Shown here piece after piece: positions 10,468-19,203 of a DNA stretch of 64,000 nucleotides. The translations under genes were made by a program, and so were the position numbers. The first letter of the stretch is position 1, and each line of letters begins with the position of its first letter. Source of the DNA: an uncultured cyanobacterium (GTDB lineage: Bacteria > Cyanobacteriota > Cyanobacteriia > Cyanobacteriales > CAWCAG01); contig CAWCAG010000005.1 of assembly GCA_963793425.1 (NCBI GenBank), positions 640,001 through 704,000 of the forward strand, given 5' to 3'. The notes beneath the pieces were generated by a model. The model was given only the letters and a program-made list of their open reading frames with translations. It did no database searches and was not told where the DNA came from.

Positions 10468-11571
10468 TTAGATTGTGATGGGGGAATCTACATTGATCGT
10501 TTTCTCTTCTAAGTCAAAAGCTATACCATATTCTTTTAACTGTTTGGTAATGTTTTGGTTAGCAATGTCTAAAAGCTGGCGGCGTAAATCCATAGAAACT
10601 TCCCCTGAACCGAGAATAAAGAAGTTAATTTGAGCTTGGGTAAGTTTTTTGTCTTCTTCATTAACTAGTTCTTTAAAAACAACTTCGGTACTGCGAGAAT
10701 CAATACCAAAAATATCTGTAGTACTTTCTAAAATAACTTGGCGAATAAAGGCTCTTTCTTCTTGGGGTAAGGGGCGATAGAAAGTCAAATAAATCAGAGA
10801 AATAACTTTTTTTGCTCCTGTAAAGTTCTCAATATTCATTTGCGTTAGAGCATTATTCGGAACAATCATTAAAGTTCCTTTACCCGAAGTTCTAACTTTA
10901 GTAGAACGCAAACCAATAGATTCTACCCGCCCAAATGTACCATCAGGCAAGCCAATATAATCATCAGCAACAAAAGGGCTATCTACATATAAAACAATTC
11001 CGCCTAATAATTGTTCTAAAGTTTTTTGAGCCGCAAAAGCAACAGCTAGTCCCCCTACTCCTAAACTAGCTAATAACCCTAAAATGTTAATCTTATGGGT
11101 TTGGGCAAATAGAAAGACAACCAGCAAAATGATTACTGTGTTAGCTACTAATTTAGCTAGAATAAGGATTTCACTATTAACTTTTCGTTTACTTTGTATA
11201 GCTGCATCTAGTAAATAAAGCTCAAAGAAACGCCTAAACAATTGGGAACCAAGCCAAATAAAGATAGTACTTAAACTAAGGCTAATGGGTATTTCAATTG
11301 ACTCAAACCAATTAGGTGTTGAAGTGATTAAGATAGCTAAATCGGTAAAGGTGAGAATAGCTACTATCACTAACCATCCTTGGTAAGGTTGAAATATCTT
11401 TTGGTATACTTCTTGGTATTGAGGAGAAAATAAACGATTGAGTCTCAAATATAGTTTCTTGCCAAAATAAAAAATAACAAGAATCGAAATGATTCCTGTC
11501 ATTGTTAGTAAAATAGCTAATAAAGTTCGATTGCTTTCAATAATCGGTAGCACAGAATTAATCATCAACAA
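10468..11571 (-). CDS. Mechanosensitive channel, MscS family (paralog 2)
   Basis: LASLGVGGLAVAFAAQ, GRVESIGLRSTKVRT, IVPNN. Confidence 0.93.
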   Translation of the reverse strand: MLMINSVLPIIESNRTLLAILLTMTGIISILVIFYFGKKLYLRLNRLFSPQYQEVYQKIFQPYQGWLVIVAILTFTDLAILITSTPNWFESIEIPISLSLSTIFIWLGSQLFRRFFELYLLDAAIQSKRKVNSEILILAKLVANTVIILLVVFLFAQTHKINILGLLASLGVGGLAVAFAAQKTLEQLLGGIVLYVDSPFVADDYIGLPDGTFGRVESIGLRSTKVRTSGKGTLMIVPNNALTQMNIENFTGAKKVISLIYLTFYRPLPQEERAFIRQVILESTTDIFGIDSRSTEVVFKELVNEEDKKLTQAQINFFILGSGEVSMDLRRQLLDIANQNITKQLKEYGIAFDLEEKTINVDSPITI

Positions 11572-11634
11572 ATACCTCGATTTGTTATTAATCTTCCCTG
11601 ACTAACGACTAATGTCCCGTCTGTTTCAGGGAAA

Positions 11635-12075
11635 TTAGTTGGGCGCTTCTCCACCAATGCCAATCCCAGTATTAAAAATTTGGGCCCCAGTGAGATTCAT
11701 ATCTTCCATAGATGCGCCTGAGACGTTGGCATCATAGATGATAGCATTGCGTAGGTTAACTTCATCTAAATCTGCTTGCTTAAAAACAGCATTGGTTAAG
11801 AAAGCTGCTGTGAGATTTGCACCTTCTAAATCTGCACCTGTAAGATCAGCACCTTCTAAATTAGCTTCGGTAAGATTTGCCCCTTCTAGGTTAGCATCCC
11901 TCAAATCTACTCCGATAAGATGGGTTTGAGACAAATCCGCACCAGATAGATTACAACCGACACAAGCCCTGGTATTCATTAATTGCTCAATGTGGGAAGG
12001 GTTAGCGGCTTTAGCTGGGCTGGGGAAAAATAAAGGTGTAAGGGCAGCAAGGGCAGCTAAAAAGTGGATTCTCAT
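11635..12075 (-). CDS. Exported pentapeptide-repeat protein
   Basis: Signal peptide from likely ATG 12075 (MRIHFLAALAA..AKA), CVGCNLSGADL followed by A(D/N)LxG repeats. Confidence 0.9.
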   Translation of the reverse strand: MRIHFLAALAALTPLFFPSPAKAANPSHIEQLMNTRACVGCNLSGADLSQTHLIGVDLRDANLEGANLTEANLEGADLTGADLEGANLTAAFLTNAVFKQADLDEVNLRNAIIYDANVSGASMEDMNLTGAQIFNTGIGIGGEAPN

Positions 12076-12264
12076 ATCTGGATGTTTTTTGTTAGTACAA
12101 AGTAATTTTTTCGTTATTACCATAATAAGCAGTTTGAGGATTTTTGTCAAGGCAAAAACCATACTTTGTCATTACAAAAGCATTAAGGATTCAGAGTGAA
12201 CTTTCTTAAAACAGTGTTATGATGCCGTTAAGACAATCAATGTACACTGTAAGTACAACTTCTC

Positions 12265-12441
12265 ATGGCACGAACAAAACCTAAATCAGATAAAGTCCTG
12301 ACTATCCGTCTTCCAGAAAAAGATTTGAAGTATTTAGAAGCTTACTGTATTGACCAAGGCAAAACAAAGACAGAAGTTTTGAGAGGGCTAATTCACAGCC
12401 TCCCAGTATCTGTATCTACCCAAGAAATGGTTTCTGCATAA
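12265..12441 (+). CDS. Small ribbon-helix-helix (CopG-like) DNA-binding protein, 58 aa (not in ORF track)
   Basis: MARTKPKSDKVLTIRLPEKDLKYLEAYCIDQGKTKTEVLRGLIHSL: beta strand (LTIRL) plus two helices, with the GKTKTEVLR turn typical of RHH. Confidence 0.75.
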   Translation: MARTKPKSDKVLTIRLPEKDLKYLEAYCIDQGKTKTEVLRGLIHSLPVSVSTQEMVSA

Positions 12442-12445
12442 CTGC

Positions 12446-12508
12446 GTAGGGGCAGGTTTCACATTGATGTAAGAGATTTACCCAAAATACGAATGAACCT
12501 GCTCCTAA
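12446..12508. repeat. GTAG-type REP-like palindrome between convergent genes
   Basis: GTAGGGGCAGGTT...AACCTGCTCCTA inverted repeat. Confidence 0.55.
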
Positions 12509-12519
12509 CTTCATATCTT

Positions 12520-13020
12520 CTATATAGTCTTTAATTTTTTCCTAAAAAGACGTAGAGCTTTCAACCAAGCTTTTGCTGGTTTGTCGTAAAAGCTAAAAAT
12601 ATCTCCATAGGCAACGTTAGCATTTTCATGGTGTAGCCAATGTCTTTCTGGAGTAGTAATAAAAAAGAAATCACAAACTTTGAGAATCGGCTGAGGGGTT
12701 TTCCACTTCAGCAAAGAAACGTGCCGCCAGACGACATGAAATTCCCCTAATAATAACCCTAATATTGTTCCTACTGCCGATACTTGCCATAACCAAGGAA
12801 CAAAAAGGAAGTAAGGCAAAGCACCTAAAGCCCCATCTAAAATCACTAAAGGATTTTTCGTTAAGACAGCGTAGTGGATAAAGCTACGGTTTTTGCTATG
12901 ATGAACTACGCTATGAAATTTGCCGAACACGTGTTCGGGTACGTGATATAAAAATGTTGAAATTAAGTCTCCTATAAGCAGGAGAATCATAGCTACAGAA
13001 ACTGCTTTAATAATTTCCAA
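12520..13020 (-). CDS. Sterol desaturase / fatty acid hydroxylase family protein
   Basis: His boxes HVPEH, HSVVHH, HVVWRH, HWLHH; hydrophobic segments. Confidence 0.85.
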   Translation of the reverse strand: MEIIKAVSVAMILLLIGDLISTFLYHVPEHVFGKFHSVVHHSKNRSFIHYAVLTKNPLVILDGALGALPYFLFVPWLWQVSAVGTILGLLLGEFHVVWRHVSLLKWKTPQPILKVCDFFFITTPERHWLHHENANVAYGDIFSFYDKPAKAWLKALRLFRKKLKTI

Positions 13021-13124
13021 AATTAACTCCTCGTTACCTAAGACAAACTTAGTTACTAGGAGTTAAATTTTCTTAAGGTTGAGGTTAATTTAGATTTATC
13101 TGGTTATTAAGGTTTTGCAAACTA

Positions 13125-13179
13125 ACAATCCTGGGAATTTGATCAAAACTTTTAATCTTCACCAAATTCTCAGGATTGT
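13125..13179. terminator. Long stem-loop downstream of ho1
   Basis: ACAATCCTGGGAATTTG...CAAATTCTCAGGATTGT, 16/17 complementary. Confidence 0.55.
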
Positions 13180-13216
13180 CAAAGCTTAGTTTTAACTCAC
13201 CAGGAATCACTGCAAT

Positions 13217-13933
13217 TTAATCAGCCGTAGCCAATTCTGTGCTGCCGCGAATACGGCGCTTAGTTAAGCTATTGAAGAGCATTTTACCAACAGCTTTAAT
13301 CAAGTTACCTTCCAATTCTTGGAACAGTTTCATATTCATGGCAAAAGCAGCATTAGCTTCATCTACAATATCTTCCGCTGTTTGTTGATCGATAGGCAAA
13401 TTGTTCATTGCCTTGCGATACTTACTCTTAAAAGCTTTCTCATCAGGAATATCGGCAAACTCATAAAAAGCAGTACCTTCACCTTCAGAAAGATTCATCC
13501 CTTTTTTAGCAATCTTTTTCAGGATTTGCCCCCCAGATAAATCTCCTAAATAGCGGGTATAAAGATGAGCGAGAAGTAACTCAGGGCGAGAATTGGCCAC
13601 TTCTCTGATACGCTCTACATAAGCCTTACCTGCATCGCTGAGGAAAATTTCGTTTTTCCAGTTGGGGCCATAATAGTAAAGTAAGTCTTGTTCTAAACTT
13701 TGTTGGCGATTTAACTCGGGGAAGTAAACTTGAGAAATTACAGGATGATCCCGCAATTTTTCCATTTCTTCTTCCATTGCTGAATAAACGTAGTAAAGAT
13801 TGGTAACTAGCTTTCTATAAGATTTTTTCTCAACAACTCCTTTTAAAAAGCACTTGACAAAGCCTACATTTTCTGCCATCGTATGGGACTTTTTTGTCCC
13901 CTCGCGCAACATAGTAGCTAAATTTACACTCAT
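13217..13933 (-). CDS. ho1: Heme oxygenase (biliverdin-producing)
   Basis: MSVNLATMLREGTKKSHTMAEN, HLYTRYLGDLSGGQ. Confidence 0.96.
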   Translation of the reverse strand: MSVNLATMLREGTKKSHTMAENVGFVKCFLKGVVEKKSYRKLVTNLYYVYSAMEEEMEKLRDHPVISQVYFPELNRQQSLEQDLLYYYGPNWKNEIFLSDAGKAYVERIREVANSRPELLLAHLYTRYLGDLSGGQILKKIAKKGMNLSEGEGTAFYEFADIPDEKAFKSKYRKAMNNLPIDQQTAEDIVDEANAAFAMNMKLFQELEGNLIKAVGKMLFNSLTKRRIRGSTELATAD

Positions 13934-14240
13934 GTTAAATTTCCTGTTCTATGATTATCAAAAACCAGGGACTAGTGGGAAGACCCCTAAAAAAAAGCAC
14001 CTAGTTTGCTAGATTAAACTGAATTAATGAGGATTTTGATTAAGAATTTTGAAGTCAAGGATTTCTGAAATAAGTCCTCGACAAAAATGCCATTTTGTGC
14101 ATGGCTTTGCTGTAAGACAATCAGCAACTAGCCATTAGCCATTAAAATCTGTTGCAAAAACTGTAACCAAGCAAACTTCCGGCTCTTGAAGCAGGCATAC
14201 TGGATTGAAAAATAAATGCAGTAACTCTACAGGTAAACTT

Positions 14241-15116
14241 ATGCTGCTCAAAGATGCCCGCGATTATCAAATTCTGTTCCTTTCTCTATTCCTCATTTTG
14301 GGGATTGGTACGAGGGATTGGACTTTGCGTACAGATTTAATGTTAGTAACCATTGGTAGCTGTTTAGCAACTCAGTGGATATTAGTTTCCCTCGTTCCTT
14401 ATATCCAAGGAAAAATGCAACTCCAATGGTCTTCTTCCCCTAAATCTATCCTCACTTTACTACCAACCCTTTCTACTTTTCGTAGTGCGGCTATCACTTC
14501 GTTAGGTCTTTGTTTACTGTTGCGAGGAAACAGTTATCATACTATGGCCTTGGCTGGATGTTTAGCGATCGCTAGTAAGTTTTTATGCCAATACAAAAAT
14601 AAACACTTTTTTAACCCAGCTAATTTCGGTATTATTGCCGCACTTTTGTTAACCAACGATGCTTGGATATCTCCGGGACAATGGGGAACTGACTGGTGGT
14701 ATTTACTGCTGTTTGCTGGTACAGGAGGAATGCTTCTCAAACGAGTTGGGCGTTGGGACACCTCTGCGGCTTTTTTCCTTAGCTACGCTGGGTTAGAAGC
14801 GATGCGTAATTTCTGGTTAGGTTTTGGTTGGGATGTACTCATACACCAATTAATGAGCGGCTCTTTATTACTATTCGCTCTGTTTATGCTGACAGATCCT
14901 CGTTCTATTCCTAACGCTACCACGAGCCGTTTAATTTGGGCGATCGCAATTGCCCTATTAACCTTTGTTTTGCAACATCAATTCTTCGTCGAAAGTGCCA
15001 TCTTCTGGGCTTTATTCGCCCTCTCTCCTGTCACCATTTTCTTAGATGAATTTTGGTTGGCCCCCAGGTTTACTTGGCAACAGGCAGGATTATCGCAAGT
15101 AATAAGTAATAAGTAA
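14241..15116 (+). CDS. RnfD/NqrB-family membrane protein (stand-alone)
   Basis: KHFFNPANFG and FMLTDPRSIP motifs, many TM segments; likely ATG at 14241. Confidence 0.82.
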   Translation: MLLKDARDYQILFLSLFLILGIGTRDWTLRTDLMLVTIGSCLATQWILVSLVPYIQGKMQLQWSSSPKSILTLLPTLSTFRSAAITSLGLCLLLRGNSYHTMALAGCLAIASKFLCQYKNKHFFNPANFGIIAALLLTNDAWISPGQWGTDWWYLLLFAGTGGMLLKRVGRWDTSAAFFLSYAGLEAMRNFWLGFGWDVLIHQLMSGSLLLFALFMLTDPRSIPNATTSRLIWAIAIALLTFVLQHQFFVESAIFWALFALSPVTIFLDEFWLAPRFTWQQAGLSQVISNK

Positions 15117-15128
15117 TAAGTAAGAATA

Positions 15129-16463
15129 ATGAAAACTTTTCGAGTAGTGGCGACTTGGTTAATTGCCTGTGTTGCTACATTGGCATTAGCACAACCTGCA
15201 TGGGCTTTTTGTGGCTTTTATGTGGCTAAAGCGGACACAGATTTGTACAATCAAGCTTCTCAAGTAATTATCGCTAGAGATGGCGATCGCACAGTGTTAA
15301 CGATGGCGAATGATTACCAGGGTGAAGTCAAAGATTTCGCTCTGGTAGTCCCGGTTCCAGTTATCTTACAAGAAGATCAGGTTAATGTCGCTGAACCAAA
15401 AATCTTAGAACGCCTTGATAGTTTTAGCGCACCACGTTTAGTAGAGTATTTCGATGAAGATCCGTGCGCGATCCGAGACTACGAAGAATTTGATGGTGCA
15501 ACATTGAATCGGCTTCCCTCTGCGGCAGACCCAAAAGAATCTAGAGATGAAAGCTTAGGTGTAACAGTTGAATCAAAGTTTAGCGTCGGGGAATACGACA
15601 TCGTTATCCTCAGTGCCAAAGAATCCGATGGTTTAGAAACTTGGCTGCAACAAAACAATTACAAGATTCCCGATGGGGCAAGCAAACTTTTACAACCCTA
15701 CATTCGCCAAAACCTGAAATTCTTTGTCGCAAAAGTTAACCTCGAAGAATTCGAGAAAAGTGAATTTCAATCCCTTCGCCCATTAATGATGGCTTACGAG
15801 TCCTCTAGATTTATGTTACCTATTCGCTTGGGAACTATGAATGCTAAGGGGCCACAGGATTTAATTGTTTATCTTCTTTCCCCTAAAGGGCAAACAGAGT
15901 TAACCAATTACCGCATGGTGAAAATTCCTTCTGATACGGAATTACCAGAATTTGTTGAAGAAGAATTCGGTGACTTTTATCAATCCATGTTTCAAAAAGC
16001 TTATGAAAGGGAAAACAAAAAAGTTGCTTTCCTAGAATATGCTTGGGATATGTCTTGGTGTGACCCTTGTGCCGCCAACCCCTTAACCCCAGAAGAATTG
16101 CGTCAGGCAGGGGTATTTTGGCTTAATCAGGGGGGAAATCCCAATTTAGGTAGTCCAGCGCAAAATGTCTTTATTACCCGCCTCCACGTCCGTTATACCC
16201 GCGATAACTTTCCTGAAGACTTAAGGTTTGCAGAAACCGCGAATCGAGAAAACTTCCAAGGACGTTATGTGATTCGTCATCCTTTCACCGGAGAAATGGA
16301 TTGTCCCCAGGCAAAAGAATATAAACAGGCTTTGGCACAACGTCAAGAAAAAGAAGTGCAAACCCTTGCTAAGTTAACCAAATGGAACATTGCTGAGATT
16401 CGCAAAAAGGCCAGAATTGAAGCTAGCAAACCTACTCCTTGGTGGCGTAACATCTTCCGCTAG
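15129..16463 (+). CDS. DUF2330 domain exported protein
   Basis: Signal peptide then AFCGFYVAKAD; FALVVPVP; EYAWDMSWCDPC. Confidence 0.85.
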   Translation: MKTFRVVATWLIACVATLALAQPAWAFCGFYVAKADTDLYNQASQVIIARDGDRTVLTMANDYQGEVKDFALVVPVPVILQEDQVNVAEPKILERLDSFSAPRLVEYFDEDPCAIRDYEEFDGATLNRLPSAADPKESRDESLGVTVESKFSVGEYDIVILSAKESDGLETWLQQNNYKIPDGASKLLQPYIRQNLKFFVAKVNLEEFEKSEFQSLRPLMMAYESSRFMLPIRLGTMNAKGPQDLIVYLLSPKGQTELTNYRMVKIPSDTELPEFVEEEFGDFYQSMFQKAYERENKKVAFLEYAWDMSWCDPCAANPLTPEELRQAGVFWLNQGGNPNLGSPAQNVFITRLHVRYTRDNFPEDLRFAETANRENFQGRYVIRHPFTGEMDCPQAKEYKQALAQRQEKEVQTLAKLTKWNIAEIRKKARIEASKPTPWWRNIFR

Positions 16464-16545
16464 GCTCAATTAGCTAAAATAGACTCTATTCAATCGGCCT
16501 TGCTTTAACAACAAGGCCGTTCCTTTTTTGAGAAACTTTTTATTA

Positions 16546-17115
16546 ATGACTGAAAATATCTCTCCTGACCCCAGTAATAATCGCCTGAGAAATATCTTAA
16601 TTGCCGTTGCTGCAATTTTCCTAAGTGCAGCACTCTTTTTTGGTTTGCAAACGAAATCTGGTTCTACTTCCCTAGAAGCCCAAGCGGAAAAATCTATTCC
16701 TTTAGAAGTCGCAATTAATAACCCGAAACCCACCCTAATGGAATTTTATGCCAATTGGTGTACAAGCTGCCAAGCTATGGCCAAAGATTTAGCTCAACTA
16801 AAACAGCAATATGGAGAAAAAGTTAACTTTGTCATGCTGAATGTAGATAATACCAAGTGGTTGCCAGAAATCTTAAGTTACCAAGTAGATGGCATTCCCC
16901 ACTTCGTCTTTCTTAATCAACAAGGACAAACCGTCGCCGAAACCATTGGGAAACAACCCTTTTCTGTCCTTGAAGCAGATTTAAACGCTTTAATTGCTAG
17001 CCGCCCTCTCCCCCATACCTATAGCTCAGGACAGGTTTCTGATTTTGATGCCCCTCTTTCCAGTGCTAATAACCAGCAAGTAGCCCCCCGTACCCACGGC
17101 AGCCAGGTTAAATAA
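16546..17115 (+). CDS. txlA: Membrane-anchored thioredoxin-like protein, TxlA/HCF164 type
   Basis: N-terminal TM helix, EFYANWCTSC, VDGIPHFVFL, C-terminal PRTHG. Confidence 0.85.
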   Translation: MTENISPDPSNNRLRNILIAVAAIFLSAALFFGLQTKSGSTSLEAQAEKSIPLEVAINNPKPTLMEFYANWCTSCQAMAKDLAQLKQQYGEKVNFVMLNVDNTKWLPEILSYQVDGIPHFVFLNQQGQTVAETIGKQPFSVLEADLNALIASRPLPHTYSSGQVSDFDAPLSSANNQQVAPRTHGSQVK

Positions 17116-17334
17116 AACTGATGCACAATATCCAAAATTCTTCTTGTTAAAGACATAATGGTAGGGATTACCGTACATTACCACCCAAAACACTTGCCAA
17201 AACCTCTCTACTTGCGCTAAGTATTATAGAAGTACTTCCCACCTCGTTAAAAGCTCGATTCATTACTAAAGTCGTCTGAGTTGGGGATGCTTTTATCAAG
17301 AGTTCATGTAAAGGATTTCAAATAAATTTAGCGT

Positions 17335-17553
17335 ATGAGTAGTAAAGTAGCTCACCCTATGGTGAAGTTGCAGCACAAACTGCTTTCCCTTGTGGATTCT
17401 CAAGTCCTCAAGCCCAGCGATAAAATCTGGAAAGTCGCTTTTTTGTATGGCGACAAGTGGGAATATTGGAAAAAAGAGCTGCAAGACTTTGGTTTCAGTA
17501 CTCAAGACCCCATTAGCGAAGTGCTAATGGTAGAGGCTTGGGACGAAGATTAA
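17335..17553 (+). CDS. DUF4327 family protein
   Basis: HPMVKLQ...LKPSDKIWKVAFLYGDKW...VEAWDED. Confidence 0.8.
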   Translation: MSSKVAHPMVKLQHKLLSLVDSQVLKPSDKIWKVAFLYGDKWEYWKKELQDFGFSTQDPISEVLMVEAWDED

Positions 17554-17568
17554 AAAAAATTCAAAACC

Positions 17569-18789
17569 TCAAAGACATTGAGCTAAAGCTTCAGATAACT
17601 CTTTAGCTGTTTGGTAGCGCTCACTTAGCTTGCGCTCACAGGTTTTTCTGATGACGTGACTAAGGCCAGGGGTAATAGTTGGAATGTTTTTCAGATCAAA
17701 TCCATAGCTGTTACCCAAATCTCGATAATACTTGAGGGGAGCTTCTCCTGTCAGTAAAAAGATTAAGGTAGGGCCAATGGCATACAAATCTGATTGAGGA
17801 CAGGGTTTGCCTCTATCTTGTTCTGGTGCGCTATAACCTTCTGCACCAATGCGGGTTCCTGAAGGAGTGCCAATCTCTTTGACAGCGCCAAAATCTAACA
17901 GGACAATGTTCCCGTCAACGTTACGGGCCATTAAGTTGGCAGGTTTTACGTCCCTATGAACCAAAGGTGGTTGGAGGGAGTGGAGATAGCCGAGAATATC
18001 GCAAGTTTGCATCATCCATTCAATTGCCTGTTGTGGTGCGACAGGGCCTGTTTTATAGATGCGTTCCTCTAAATTCTGGCCGTGAATTAGCTCCATGGCC
18101 AAATATTTTTTCCCTTTTTCCACAAAAAAGTTGTAGTAGTTGGGAATTCCCGGATGATCTAAGGATTTGAGAACACGAGCCTCCCTCTCAAAAAGTTCTT
18201 GGGCTTTGGCGATCGCTGCCATATCCGCATTCATTTCCTTAAGAACTAATAAATTAGGAGAATCATTAAACTGGCTGTCTTTATCCCAGGCTAGGTAAGT
18301 AGTTCCCATCCCTCCCTGCCCTAAAGTACGGAGGATTTGGTAGTGGCGGATGAATTGCTCTTTTTCTACTAAGGGATGACCGCAGTAAATGCAAAATAAA
18401 TGTTTAGGCGGCTTAGATAAATTGCGACAAGGCTGATGGGTTAAAGGGCAGTTAGGAAAAGCTGGACCAGTCTTTTTCTGAACAGATTGAATTTGAAATC
18501 TAAATATAGGTCCTCTTTTCGCTAACTGAATAATCGAACCATTAGTAAGTAGCCCTTGAGTTGTGAGAATACCATTGAGAAAAGTGCCATTAGTGCCTTT
18601 ACTAAGTAACTGCCAAGAAGAATTATCTATTTTCTTTAACTCTAAGTGATACCGTGATACCTCTGGATAGTCTTCCAGGATAATATGATTATCCCCAGCG
18701 CGACCGACGCGAATAATTGCTTGCTGGGGAAAATTCCATTGTTGTATAGCAGTATGACCTTGGGATTTTAATAAAGTCAGGATGACCAT
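17569..18789 (-). CDS. FHA-domain Ser/Thr protein kinase
   Basis: FHA (GR..DN, VSRYH, GTNGTFLNG), Cys-rich linker (FCIYCG), kinase motifs LGQGGMG, HRDVKPAN, DFG, APE. Confidence 0.94.
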   Translation of the reverse strand: MVILTLLKSQGHTAIQQWNFPQQAIIRVGRAGDNHIILEDYPEVSRYHLELKKIDNSSWQLLSKGTNGTFLNGILTTQGLLTNGSIIQLAKRGPIFRFQIQSVQKKTGPAFPNCPLTHQPCRNLSKPPKHLFCIYCGHPLVEKEQFIRHYQILRTLGQGGMGTTYLAWDKDSQFNDSPNLLVLKEMNADMAAIAKAQELFEREARVLKSLDHPGIPNYYNFFVEKGKKYLAMELIHGQNLEERIYKTGPVAPQQAIEWMMQTCDILGYLHSLQPPLVHRDVKPANLMARNVDGNIVLLDFGAVKEIGTPSGTRIGAEGYSAPEQDRGKPCPQSDLYAIGPTLIFLLTGEAPLKYYRDLGNSYGFDLKNIPTITPGLSHVIRKTCERKLSERYQTAKELSEALAQCL

Positions 18790-19203
18790 AGGTAGTTAAT
18801 CACATCCTACCTGAAATTGAAAATCAATTGCCTGGGGCTTTGCTCCCAGGCTATGATCGTAGCCGAATTGTAAAGGAGGATTCTTTTCCATAATCCCTGT
18901 CCATAGTTATTAGCTGGTCTTCCGTAAGAAGCCTCACACCATAATTTTAATTTGGTGTTGAGATCAATTACGCGCCTGTGAGTTTCGGAATTGGTAAACC
19001 CTTGATGTATAATGCCAATGTAGGTATTAAAACCCAAGAGCGAAAGCCGCCTACAAAAAAACAAAATAGAATTTATTTTTAATTCCGGTGCGGTAGGGCA
19101 TTCCGTGTCGTTAATAAAGCTGAGAGCCTCCGCGCGCAATAGCCGGATTGTCTCAGAAGCCTACACTGTACTTAGTGAGTCAGTGTAGGAGTATGTCACG
19201 GAT

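Noticed and set aside
12242..12257. Possible NtcA site upstream of the small RHH gene
   Set aside because: Spacing is GTA-N9-TAC rather than N8
18807..19139. 110-aa minus-strand ORF
   Set aside because: TTG start, no RBS, no recognisable motif; the region is better explained as structured non-coding DNA
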